DNA of 64,000 bases from an uncultured virus (IMG/VR IMGVR_UViG_3300042691_052636) (Duplodnaviria; Heunggongvirae; Uroviricota; Caudoviricetes), in IMG/VR virus record IMGVR_UViG_3300042691_052636. The stretch is one strand, 5' to 3'. Position 1 is the stretch's first letter. Each line of letters opens with the position of its first letter. Of the stretch, positions 39,175 through 47,700 are shown piece by piece. The translations under genes and the position numbers were made by a program. The notes under the pieces are model-generated. The model searched no databases. It was not told the DNA's origin and saw only the letters and a program-made list of their open reading frames with translations.

Positions 39175-39321
39175 ATGGCTAAACCTAAGAAAAGTGAATC
39201 CACTAGTACATTCAGAAAGAAAGCAAAGAAATGTAATAAAGGGATACATTCTAAGTGTAAATCTAGTAAAAACAAAAAATCTAAGAATTACAAAAAAGTT
39301 TACGTTGGCCAGGGAAGATAA
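39175..39321 (+). CDS. Small basic peptide ending in YVGQGR (48 aa)
   Basis: Manual translation MAKPKKSESTSTFRKKAKKCNKGIHSKCKSSKNKKSKNYKKVYVGQGR; resembles small YRGQGR peptides of T4-like phages. Confidence 0.65.
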   Translation: MAKPKKSESTSTFRKKAKKCNKGIHSKCKSSKNKKSKNYKKVYVGQGR

Positions 39322-39342
39322 ATAGATATATAATTAAAAAAG

Positions 39343-39687
39343 ATGAGGCATTTAAAAATATACGAAGATTATGGTTTTGAAACCATGCCAGTTGAAACTA
39401 CTCCAGTTCACTTTGAAGCTGAATCTACCGACATCACCCAAGGTGATGCTTATACCGAGGGAAACTACTTTGTAAATTTTGAAAATTCTGAAGGCATGCC
39501 TACAACAATCGAAATAGGTGGTGCATTAGAACCAGAATACACTGGAGGATCAATGGTTAGCAAAATGGAGATGGTTCCAGATTCTAGTTCAGACGGAAAA
39601 CAGTATTCAATTATTGGTTACTACGAAAAATCTTCAGATATCCCAACAGGATACGATCTTAAGAAAGTTCTAATCGAGGAAGTTTAA
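39343..39687 (+). CDS. Hypothetical protein with capsid-targeting-like N-terminus
   Basis: MRHLKIYEDY after GATATATA. Confidence 0.65.
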   Translation: MRHLKIYEDYGFETMPVETTPVHFEAESTDITQGDAYTEGNYFVNFENSEGMPTTIEIGGALEPEYTGGSMVSKMEMVPDSSSDGKQYSIIGYYEKSSDIPTGYDLKKVLIEEV

Positions 39688-39699
39688 TCAAGCATTTTT

Positions 39700-39996
39700 A
39701 TGGCAATCAAGATTTATTGTGAATTCGATGAATTCAGCTATGAGGAGAAAGATATCTTCTCATACTTTGAAGAAGATGAAATTGAGAGACCAGACTACGA
39801 AGATCTCTGGGATGATCCAGCATCAGATTTAGACAATTTAGCCCTAAACAGAAGCTCAATCAGGGAAGATGCTAATTTTTATATTGTCTGTGATACAGAA
39901 GATGAAGAAATAGCCGAAGATGTTGCATCTTATTTAGGCAAACCAACTAAAATTTTCATCGAAGAACTTCATAAAATATTTTTTTCAGTACTTTAA
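39700..39996 (+). CDS. Hypothetical acidic protein
   Basis: 98 aa ORF. Confidence 0.6.
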   Translation: MAIKIYCEFDEFSYEEKDIFSYFEEDEIERPDYEDLWDDPASDLDNLALNRSSIREDANFYIVCDTEDEEIAEDVASYLGKPTKIFIEELHKIFFSVL

Positions 39997-40001
39997 TTTG
40001 T

Positions 40002-40009
40002 TATCTTTG
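40002..40009 (+). promoter_or_regulatory. Bacteroidota-type -7 promoter element for the tRNA leader
   Basis: TATCTTTG matches TAnnTTTG. Confidence 0.55.
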
Positions 40010-40044
40010 TGAAACAAAAGCATTCACAAAGGTATAAAACACAA

Positions 40045-40104
40045 ATGATAGGAAAATCAATTTCATTAAGGCTAATATTAAGGTCGTTCATAAGACGATT
40101 TTAA
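40045..40104 (+). CDS. Putative attenuator leader peptide MIGKSISLRLILRSFIRRF
   Basis: ATG ATA GGA AAA TCA ATT TCA TTA AGG CTA ATA TTA AGG TCG TTC ATA AGA CGA TTT TAA; A-rich leader; stop overlaps the antiterminator arm. Confidence 0.65.
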   Translation: MIGKSISLRLILRSFIRRF

Positions 40105-40174
40105 AAGGTCCTAATTTTGATATTCCATCTTAAATATATCAAAAACCGGGACCTTTAAAAGTTCCGGTTTTTTT
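40104..40174 (+). promoter_or_regulatory. Attenuator: antiterminator (40104-40156) overlapping intrinsic terminator (40141-40174)
   Basis: AAAGGTCCT/GGGACCTTT plus TTTTGATAT/ATATCAAAA versus AAAAACCGGGAC...GTTCCGGTTTTTTT. Confidence 0.7.
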
Positions 40175-40204
40175 GTTCTTTGAAGTAGTGGTAAAATAAT
40201 TTAA

Positions 40205-40276
40205 GCCCCCGTAGTTCAACGGATAGAACATGTGACTTCTAATCTCAAAATGTGGGTTCGATTCCCGCCAGGGGTA
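40205..40276 (+). tRNA. tRNA-Arg (TCT)
   Basis: Cloverleaf; anticodon loop CTTCTAA; GTGGG-TTCGATT-CCCGC T arm; one mismatch each in acceptor and anticodon stems; no encoded CCA. Confidence 0.85.
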
Positions 40277-40296
40277 CTTTTTATATATAGTTTAGT

Positions 40297-40947
40297 ATGA
40301 ATTGTAAATATTGTAAAGAAGATAAAAATATATTTGGATTAAAAAATCACGAGTCTTATTGCAAAATGAATCCAGAAAGAAAGAGTAAAGCTGGAGAAAA
40401 TAACCCAATGTTTGGAAAAAAATCTAATGCTTCCAATCAATATATAAAATCTAAAGAAATGGGGCTCTCATTTCCTTTATTAGCCCAAGAAACCAGAAAA
40501 AAAATATCAGACTCTAAAAAGGGTGAAAAATGGACACTTGAAAGGAAAAAAAAGCATTCAGAAAAAATGAAAAAAACAGTTCTTGAAAACCCACACTCTT
40601 ATTCAGCTAATAACGTTTCAGGTAGAACTAAAATTTTTGAATATAAGGGATTTAAGCTTAAAGGAAAATGGGAGCTAGATGTAGCAAAATGGCTCGACAT
40701 TCATGAAATACAATGGACAAATAAAATTACAAAACCATTCGACTATTTTTGGATAGGGAATATTCATTACTATTTTCCTGATTTTTATTTGCCAAAAATT
40801 GATGCTTATATCGAGGTAAAAGGCTATGAAAGAGATCGTGATAGAGAAAAGTGGAAATGCGTAAATAATCTTATAATAATCAAAAAAGAGGAGATTGAAC
40901 AGATAAGAAGAGGAATATATGAAATTCCCACAAAATATTTATCATAA
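40297..40947 (+). mobile_element. Free-standing homing-endonuclease-like gene (NUMOD3-like repeats plus PD-(D/E)XK domain) inside the tRNA cluster
   Basis: CKYC..H...C N-terminus, GENNPMFGK, ETRKKISDSKKG, YFPDFYLPKIDAYIEVKG. Confidence 0.75.
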
Positions 40948-40948
40948 A

Positions 40949-41023
40949 GTTCCCTTAGCTCAGTTGGTTAGTAGCAACGGTCTCATAAACCGTAGGTCGT
41001 AGGTTCGATCCCTACAGGGAACA
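40949..41023 (+). tRNA. tRNA with CAT anticodon (Met elongator or lysidine-type Ile2)
   Basis: GTTCCCT/AGGGAAC acceptor, ACGGT-CTCATAA-ACCGT, GTAGG-TTCGATC-CCTAC. Confidence 0.9.
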
Positions 41024-41035
41024 CATTTTTAAAAT

Positions 41036-41111
41036 CGAGACATAGCTCAATGGTAAGAGCAGGATCCTTATACGATCAAGGCTATGAGTTCAAGTCTCAT
41101 TGTCTCGACCA
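41036..41111 (+). tRNA. tRNA-Ile (TAT)
   Basis: CGAGACA/TGTCTCG acceptor plus ACCA, GATC-CTTATAC-GATC anticodon arm, ATGAG-TTCAAGT-CTCAT. Confidence 0.85.
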
Positions 41112-41114
41112 TTT

Positions 41115-41198
41115 GCCCGGGTGGTGGAATTGGTAGTCACGCAGCACTTAAAATGCTGTAACCATTTGGTTGTACGGGTTCGATTCCCGTCCCGGGTA
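41115..41198 (+). tRNA. tRNA-Leu (TAA)
   Basis: GCCCGGG/CCCGGGT acceptor, CAGCA-CTTAAAA-TGCTG, long variable arm, ACGGG-TTCGATT-CCCGT. Confidence 0.92.
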
Positions 41199-41204
41199 CT
41201 TCCT

Positions 41205-41489
41205 TTACATATTCCAAGAAGGATTAGCTACAATTAGCTTTCCGTTCTCAATTCTAGGAATAGGCTTAGTTGAGTAAGCATCATCATATTCTATTTGGTC
41301 AGGATAGAATTTCTGTCCTTGGAACATAATATAATTTTGTTCATCCTCTTCTTTTCCTCTGTGACTCCATCCTTGGCCCTTCATTGAGTCTTGTGCAGCA
41401 TCATCAATAGTAGGATTTCCGAAAATACTATTCCAGAACCCCTCGTTAATCTTGGTTCCAAAATTTCCAAATTTTCTTATGTGTTTCAT
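41205..41489 (-). CDS. Hypothetical protein with capsid-targeting-like N-terminus
   Basis: MKHIRKFGNFGTKINEG. Confidence 0.65.
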   Translation of the reverse strand: MKHIRKFGNFGTKINEGFWNSIFGNPTIDDAAQDSMKGQGWSHRGKEEDEQNYIMFQGQKFYPDQIEYDDAYSTKPIPRIENGKLIVANPSWNM

Positions 41490-41545
41490 TGATTAATTAG
41501 ATGTTTTATATATCTGATTGTGACGAATATGTAATCACAGGTCAC

Positions 41546-41573
41546 AAAAAAAGGGATAGAATTTATCCCTTTT
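41546..41573 (-). terminator. Intrinsic terminator
   Basis: AAAAGGGATA-GAATT-TATCCCTTTT hairpin with A run. Confidence 0.7.
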
Positions 41574-41590
41574 AAATATTGTATTTTTTG

Positions 41591-42994
41591 TTATGCTGAT
41601 AGTTTTTGAACCAATTCTGGGGTGATATCTCCATTTTTTGCTTCTAAACCATACTCTTTCTTGATAGCTTTAATGACTGCTGTTCTGCTTGGTCCTATGA
41701 AGAATTTACTAGTTTTGCCGAAGTTGGATTTTTTCCATTCTTCCATAGCTGATATTTCTTTATTATCAGTAAATTTATCATATATCAAAGAGAAAACCTT
41801 TTTGGTTAGTTCTAGATTTTCACCTGTTGGTGAAGATCCAGTTGCTTTGATCGTTTTTTCTAATTTTAAAGTAGACTCTTTTTTCTCTTCTTCTTTTTTG
41901 TCTTCTGTTTTTTCGACCTTTGAGATAATCTGATCCCCTGTTTTAGCAAAAAGATTTCCTTCCTTATCTTTAAAGGTGTATTTAGCCTCGTCTCCTATAC
42001 CTACTATTTTACTGATTTCCCCCTCAGCTTCAGTTCCATCATCTTTTTTGTATTTAACTGTATCACCAACTTTTAGAGAAGAATGAAATGTGTCTCTTCC
42101 TGCTTTAGCTAAAACTGCATCATCAACGACTTTAGCTTTTTTCTCAAGTTCTGCTATTCCAGTTATCACGCTAGATAAGTCTTCAGCGGTTTTCTTTTCA
42201 ATACCAATTTTGAAAAGCTCATCTTTTTGTATTTTACTAACCTCTTCAGATGTTTTAGCTATTTCTTCACCCAGTTCCTTAATCTTTTCTTTTCTAGCTT
42301 TTTTGTTTTTCATTTTTTCCCACTCTTCTTCAGTTTTCAGAAGCTTGGTAATTTCATCAAATCTTTTTACCACTTCTTCAGCTTTAGCTTTAAGTGTTTC
42401 TGTACTAGGATTAGTTTTCTGAAGCTGCATTTCAGTGTAGGTTGGCTTCATTTGTTGAACCAAATCCTCTCTTTCATCTTCAAATGTTTTCTTTTCGAAT
42501 AGAAGAGGGTAAGTGAACTGCTCAAACATTTGAACGTGGTTTTTACCTAATCCTTGAATATTTTCGTTAGTTCCTTCTTTTTTAGCAATATCTCTATATC
42601 CGAATATTTGTGTAGCTATTGCTGTGTCTATTACCTCTTTCTTACTCTTAGCATCTTCACTTGATGCAACTGAAGTAAATAAATCCCCAATTTTCTTAGC
42701 AAGATCTTTAATACCAGTTTTAACATCTGCATACTTAGCATCAACAGTTTCAGCTACCTTGTTAAGCATAGCGGCCATTTTCTCACCTCTTTTAGCTGGG
42801 TCTTTTTCTTCGTTAACCTCAATCAAATCAGTAACTACATCTTTGTAATTAGGAGACTTTGAAACGAGAAACATATAAAGTTTAGTGTAAGCAGAGATTA
42901 TTTGTGAAATTGTTTTGATTGAAGTTTCGCTTTCATTGATTGTTCCGCTAAGTGTTTCCAAGTAGCTACTAAATCTGAGAATGTTTTTTTCCAT
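41591..42994 (-). CDS. Lys/Glu-rich coiled-coil protein, probable internal virion protein
   Basis: MEKNILRFSSYLE..TINES; GATATATA upstream on minus strand. Confidence 0.7.
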   Translation of the reverse strand: MEKNILRFSSYLETLSGTINESETSIKTISQIISAYTKLYMFLVSKSPNYKDVVTDLIEVNEEKDPAKRGEKMAAMLNKVAETVDAKYADVKTGIKDLAKKIGDLFTSVASSEDAKSKKEVIDTAIATQIFGYRDIAKKEGTNENIQGLGKNHVQMFEQFTYPLLFEKKTFEDEREDLVQQMKPTYTEMQLQKTNPSTETLKAKAEEVVKRFDEITKLLKTEEEWEKMKNKKARKEKIKELGEEIAKTSEEVSKIQKDELFKIGIEKKTAEDLSSVITGIAELEKKAKVVDDAVLAKAGRDTFHSSLKVGDTVKYKKDDGTEAEGEISKIVGIGDEAKYTFKDKEGNLFAKTGDQIISKVEKTEDKKEEEKKESTLKLEKTIKATGSSPTGENLELTKKVFSLIYDKFTDNKEISAMEEWKKSNFGKTSKFFIGPSRTAVIKAIKKEYGLEAKNGDITPELVQKLSA

Positions 42995-43052
42995 TGATGA
43001 TTTTTTTAGTAAAATATATATCCTTTCGGTGCTATTTTTTTATATTTGTATT

Positions 43053-43622
43053 ATGAAAATTCTGTTTTTAGACCATGATGGTGTTATCTGTTTGTCATCA
43101 GAATGGGGAAGTAGATTGAAAAAAACTAAAGCTTACTCTAATCCAAATCCAGGTGGAGAAAGGAGTGTACCAGTTGAATTCAGATTTGATAATTTCAACA
43201 AAAAAGCAATTGGTGTTCTAAATAAAATCCTTTTAGAAACAGATGCTGAAATAGTCGTGAGTTCAGATTGGCAGCACTTCTGTAATCTTGAAGAAATGGG
43301 ATTGTATTATGAAATGCAGGGAATTATAAAAAAACCCATTGCTTTCACCGGAAACATAATTGATCCAGCTAAAGCTACTTGGCACAGAGACTGGGATTCT
43401 GAGGGCACAAGAAGCTTGGAAATTATGACCTGGCTTGAAAGCCATCCTGAAGTAACCAATTGGGTTGCAGTGGACGATCTCAATATGGGTAAGATTGTCA
43501 AATCTTATTCGATGGAATTTATCCACGAATGGGGATTAGAAAATTTTGTCCATACTCCAAGGGGAAATGAAGGAATCAAGCAGGTGGGTATTAAAGAAAA
43601 AATTCTTCGGTTTTTAAAATAA
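43053..43622 (+). CDS. HAD-superfamily phosphatase (Swiss-army-knife RNA repair HAD type)
   Basis: LFLDHDGV, IVVSSDW, RSLEIMTWL, WVAVDD; TATATTTG at 43041. Confidence 0.8.
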   Translation: MKILFLDHDGVICLSSEWGSRLKKTKAYSNPNPGGERSVPVEFRFDNFNKKAIGVLNKILLETDAEIVVSSDWQHFCNLEEMGLYYEMQGIIKKPIAFTGNIIDPAKATWHRDWDSEGTRSLEIMTWLESHPEVTNWVAVDDLNMGKIVKSYSMEFIHEWGLENFVHTPRGNEGIKQVGIKEKILRFLK

Positions 43623-43686
43623 AACGAGGAAATATTTTTTATCTTAGCTAGAATCTTCTACATTTACTTTATCAAACAAGGAGATT

Positions 43687-44307
43687 ATGAAAAACATACT
43701 AGCCCTTTCCTTCCTTATTTTATCTGTAGTTTGTAATGCCCAGATGCCAAGAGGTGTTGAAATTTTAGAAATAAAATGTTTATTTAAATCGACAGATTCT
43801 TTAGTTACCGGGTTTGACAAGAGTAATCCAAATTCGTTGAAAAGGCTTTCAGTGCTGGATTCTGCAGCCAAGCACCATGCTCAATATCTTATATTTCATT
43901 ACATCCACACAGACTCTCTCACACATAGAGAATATGTAGATTATCCAAATTTTGTCGAAAAAGTAAAACCTAGTGATCGTTCTGGATTCAATGGACAAAC
44001 TTCAGAAATTTGTAACGTTGAAACCACATATACTATCATTAATCCAAAGTATCAAAAAGGTACCAATTGGGAAGAAATAGTTGATCCTGAATTTTCTTAC
44101 AAAAATGTATTAGCTTCCTATCGTAATTCTCCTTCACATTGGTCTATAGCAACCGATAAAAAATATGGATACATTGGATCCTATACAACCATGGTGTTTT
44201 ATAAAACTACAAAGGATTTGACCCAAAAGCAAATAGATCAGGGTTTTCTTCGCATCGTTTGCAACACATTTAATGTTACTGTCTTTATTCAGGATCCTAA
44301 TCAATAA
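43687..44307 (+). CDS. Secreted CAP/SCP-like domain protein
   Basis: Signal peptide; LDSAAKHHAQYL, SEIC, SPSHWSI, YGYIG. Confidence 0.65.
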   Translation: MKNILALSFLILSVVCNAQMPRGVEILEIKCLFKSTDSLVTGFDKSNPNSLKRLSVLDSAAKHHAQYLIFHYIHTDSLTHREYVDYPNFVEKVKPSDRSGFNGQTSEICNVETTYTIINPKYQKGTNWEEIVDPEFSYKNVLASYRNSPSHWSIATDKKYGYIGSYTTMVFYKTTKDLTQKQIDQGFLRIVCNTFNVTVFIQDPNQ

Positions 44308-44330
44308 AAAAAGCCCCTAAGGGCTTTTTT
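44306..44330. terminator. Bidirectional intrinsic terminator
   Basis: AAAAAAGCCC-CTAA-GGGCTTTTTT between convergent genes. Confidence 0.85.
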
Positions 44331-44346
44331 ATAAATCTTAATTTAT

Positions 44347-45732
44347 TTAATCCCATATAGGGCAAGGAACTGCTCTTCTTTTTCCACCTCCTTTGGGAGG
44401 ACTGTAAGTTTTAGTTTTATTTTTAGATCTTCTTGGTAATTTAATGAATGAGCTATTCTTAATTTTTACTGGAAAAGAAATAGCAATTTTATATTTCTCA
44501 GTAACAGTAATTACAGGTGGTTCTTCTTCAGGAAGGGTTTCTGTTTCTTTTGTCTTAACAAATTGACCCTCCATTTCTATTTGGAAATATCTGAATGGAT
44601 CGTAATCTTTAGGATTTGCCGGAGCTTTATCTATATCAGTTCCATCAACATTTTTTGCTTTAACTTGTTTAGGTTTTTCTCCTAGCACAGGAATTGCATT
44701 TTCTCCAGTAGTTACATCTACAACATTAATCATAGTTAGGTCTGTACCTTTAGAGTCAACAAATTCAGCTTTGTTACCTTTTTGGATGTAATATCCTTTT
44801 CTTACTGATGCACCTTTGTCATCTTTATTTGGATCTGGTCCTGATGTTCCATCTCCGTTAGACCCAAAATATTCCAGTTCAATTACTGATAAAATCTTAT
44901 CAACAAATTCTTTGTCATTTTCCGATATCTTCTCAGCCGAGGCTTTGATATACTTAGAAAAGATACCAACTCTTTTGTAAGCTAATTCTGCCCACGATAG
45001 AGATTCTGAAATACCTCTGTTTCTGTATCTTGAGCATGAAGCACTTATAGAAATTTTTGTGATCCCTCCAGCTTTATCTATTTGGTAAGATTGGTAGCCT
45101 TCGGCTATTTTTTCGTCTATCAAATCTAAAACCTGTTTTGTGTATTCAACATCAACAAATGTTTCCCCTAGATTATCTTCCTTAATTTCGTACATGTTGT
45201 TTTTGAAAAAATAAGAAGTTTTCAAAGGATCTATCAGGACTATTTTTTCTGATTCAACCGGGGGTTTAGTTTCTGTTTTTTTGGAAGGCTCTTCCTTTTC
45301 GATAGTTTGCTTTGTAACAATTGCATAGATACTTTGGTTGTTACCTGAGTATTTTACTGTGTAGGAAATTGACCCTCCATTTGCAGATTCTTCGAACATT
45401 TTGAGAACTGATTCAAAAGTCTTTTGACTTATGCTTTTTTTACCAAAAGCTTTTTGAATATCTTTAATTGCAGATTCTTGTAAAGTGGCATCTAATGAAT
45501 TGAAAACATCTAATGATGCCCAAACTTGTTTGTTTGTTTTACCTCCTTTTTCAAACTGTTTTTCTCCCTTAACCTTCTTATAGTTTTGTCCAATTTTTTG
45601 CTGAATTTCCAAAATCTTCATTATATCCTCTTTTGAAGGGACATATGCTTCTTTTTCTTCATTTAGTAAGTCTTGATTGTTGTAGTTTTCGTTTACGAAT
45701 TCTATAAAACTAAACACCTTTTTAGATACCAT
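44347..45732 (-). CDS. Hypothetical protein with capsid-targeting-like N-terminus; weak OmpA-C-like segment
   Basis: MVSKKVFSFIEFVNEN; ISISASCS...ELAYKR. Confidence 0.65.
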   Translation of the reverse strand: MVSKKVFSFIEFVNENYNNQDLLNEEKEAYVPSKEDIMKILEIQQKIGQNYKKVKGEKQFEKGGKTNKQVWASLDVFNSLDATLQESAIKDIQKAFGKKSISQKTFESVLKMFEESANGGSISYTVKYSGNNQSIYAIVTKQTIEKEEPSKKTETKPPVESEKIVLIDPLKTSYFFKNNMYEIKEDNLGETFVDVEYTKQVLDLIDEKIAEGYQSYQIDKAGGITKISISASCSRYRNRGISESLSWAELAYKRVGIFSKYIKASAEKISENDKEFVDKILSVIELEYFGSNGDGTSGPDPNKDDKGASVRKGYYIQKGNKAEFVDSKGTDLTMINVVDVTTGENAIPVLGEKPKQVKAKNVDGTDIDKAPANPKDYDPFRYFQIEMEGQFVKTKETETLPEEEPPVITVTEKYKIAISFPVKIKNSSFIKLPRRSKNKTKTYSPPKGGGKRRAVPCPIWD

Positions 45733-45835
45733 CTCGTCTTTTTTCTTTTATATATTCCTCAAAGTTTATTATTTCGTTGACCCTCACAAAGGATAAATAC
45801 TTGAAACTAGTCCAAGAACAAAAACTAAAATTATC

Positions 45836-46321
45836 ATGCAAGTTCTTGTCTTGAATAATGATTATACTCCAGTAAGTATAACAGATATGATTAGGGGATT
45901 CAAACTTGTATTCAAAGGCAAAGCTGAAATTATTGAGCACATTGAAGAAAATCCAATAATCACTGATAAAAAAGTTTATAAGAGACCTTCAGTAATTAGA
46001 CTTCTGAAATATGTTGTATTGCCCTTTAAAAAATTCAATCCTTCAAGAGACAACATATTTAAAAGGGACGGCTTTATGTGTTTATATTGTGGTGCAAAAA
46101 GAGATCTAACCATTGATCATATTCTTCCTAAATCAAGAGGAGGATCTAACACTTGGGAAAACATGGGCACATGTTGTACAAAGTGTAATTGTTTTAAAGG
46201 TGATCGAACACCGGATGAAGCAGGAATGAAACTGAGACAGATTCCATTCAAACCAGCTTACAACTACTTCATGAGGAATTTTGCAAAAGTCAATGAAAAT
46301 TGGCTTTGCTATCTTGTCTGA
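45836..46321 (+). CDS. HNH endonuclease (McrA-like)
   Basis: VLVLNNDYTP, RDGFMCLYCG, TIDHILPKSRGGSNTWENMGTCCTKCN..KG. Confidence 0.9.
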   Translation: MQVLVLNNDYTPVSITDMIRGFKLVFKGKAEIIEHIEENPIITDKKVYKRPSVIRLLKYVVLPFKKFNPSRDNIFKRDGFMCLYCGAKRDLTIDHILPKSRGGSNTWENMGTCCTKCNCFKGDRTPDEAGMKLRQIPFKPAYNYFMRNFAKVNENWLCYLV

Positions 46322-46381
46322 ATTTTTGTACAAAAATTGGAAATAATTTTTTTATTATAGATAAATCCATATATTTACAGT

Positions 46382-46822
46382 ATGGAAAATATAAAATTCA
46401 TCCTCATCGATAAACCTCTTTCGGAAGAAGAGAATAAAAAAATAACTCAATCTATCCACGATTATTTCATGGAAGCTGAATACACTTTAGATGACATGAA
46501 TTTGCTGGCGATTGATGAAATAGAGGGATTAAATCAGGAAGCAATCTTTTCATTTCTTCCCGCTGATAAATGTAATCCACTGATTCAAAAGTTGAAGGAT
46601 TTAAAAGTGCTTTGTGAAGTGAGAGACATAACCGAAAACGTTCTTCTTTCAAAAGAAAAATCAAAAGCATTCGATGTTGTGTTTTCGGATCCAAACAACA
46701 GAAGATTATTAAATGATTTTCTTCTTCAAAATCTTTCAGTTGACAATATCTTAGACAAGATAAATGAGCAGGGTGAACAATCTTTGACTGAAATTGATAG
46801 AAAAATTTTAGAAGGTGCATAA
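46382..46822 (+). CDS. Hypothetical protein
   Basis: C-terminal VDNILDKINEQGEQSLTEIDRKIL (DUF6576-like). Confidence 0.65.
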   Translation: MENIKFILIDKPLSEEENKKITQSIHDYFMEAEYTLDDMNLLAIDEIEGLNQEAIFSFLPADKCNPLIQKLKDLKVLCEVRDITENVLLSKEKSKAFDVVFSDPNNRRLLNDFLLQNLSVDNILDKINEQGEQSLTEIDRKILEGA

Positions 46823-46846
46823 AAAAAGGCATCCTAAGATGCCTTT
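46821..46846. terminator. Intrinsic terminator between convergent genes
   Basis: AAAAAAAGGCATC-CTAA-GATGCCTTT. Confidence 0.8.
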
Positions 46847-46864
46847 CGAAATTTTGTAAATATT

Positions 46865-47602
46865 TTATTTTCCCAACGGATTTGCAGTTCTTTCTGCTGC
46901 ACCTTGAGCAATGATTTCTAAACCAGTTAAACCAGGCTTGTAAATGACGAACTGTTTGTCAGAATTACCACTTGCTGAGTAACCTACTTGTAATCCTCCT
47001 CTGAATTTATTTTCCTTAGCTTGATCCATTAAATCCATTTTGTATTTTGGCCAATTTTCTCCTGCAAAATACTCAGAAGGATTAGCCATTACTAAAGCTT
47101 CAACTGCTTCTAAGTTTTCCATGAATTCAGTTTGAGCTTTCATTTCCTCTTCCTTAGTTTCATATCCAGTGACAAATTTTCTTGCACCTGACATAAAACC
47201 TTCTTTTACACCTCCATTCTTATTCTCGTACTGAGCTTTTGACTGATAAGATTGCATAGCACCAGCTGCTGCTACTGCCAACATTTGTAATCCACTTAAA
47301 CCTTCTTTGTAAACAATAAATAGTTTATCACTGTTCATGCTAGGTCTAACATCTATACCACCTCTGAATCTGTTTTCAGCAGCTTGATTCATTAATGATG
47401 TTTTCATTGCTGGCCAATTGTAGCCATTGAAATATCTATCGGGTTGAGCATTTACCAAAACCTCTAATTGGTCTAAAGCCTTCATAAAATCTTGCTCAGC
47501 CATTTGCTCTTTTTCTTGGGTTTCGTGGCCATATAAAAATTTTCTTGCGCCTTCTTTAAAGCCCTCGTTTACAAACTTATCAAAATGGAGTATATTTTTC
47601 AT
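46865..47602 (-). CDS. Two-repeat protein with capsid-targeting-like N-terminus
   Basis: MKNILHFDKFVNEG; two ~110 aa paralogous units. Confidence 0.7.
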   Translation of the reverse strand: MKNILHFDKFVNEGFKEGARKFLYGHETQEKEQMAEQDFMKALDQLEVLVNAQPDRYFNGYNWPAMKTSLMNQAAENRFRGGIDVRPSMNSDKLFIVYKEGLSGLQMLAVAAAGAMQSYQSKAQYENKNGGVKEGFMSGARKFVTGYETKEEEMKAQTEFMENLEAVEALVMANPSEYFAGENWPKYKMDLMDQAKENKFRGGLQVGYSASGNSDKQFVIYKPGLTGLEIIAQGAAERTANPLGK

Positions 47603-47700
47603 CCTAATTTTTTATTGTATATATCGTATTTCTATTTCTAAATAGAGTTATCCATATTAGAAATCTTTTTAGTAAAAGATCTAAAAAGATAAAACCCAAG

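Noticed and set aside
40141..40174. Hairpin as just the terminator of gene 39700-39996
   Set aside because: Not excluded, but it lies ~145 nt past that stop, after a promoter-like element and a leader ORF, and has an extensive competing pairing partner, so an attenuator fits better
45836..46321. HNH gene as part of a restriction or defence system
   Set aside because: Stand-alone, with no methylase or partner gene nearby
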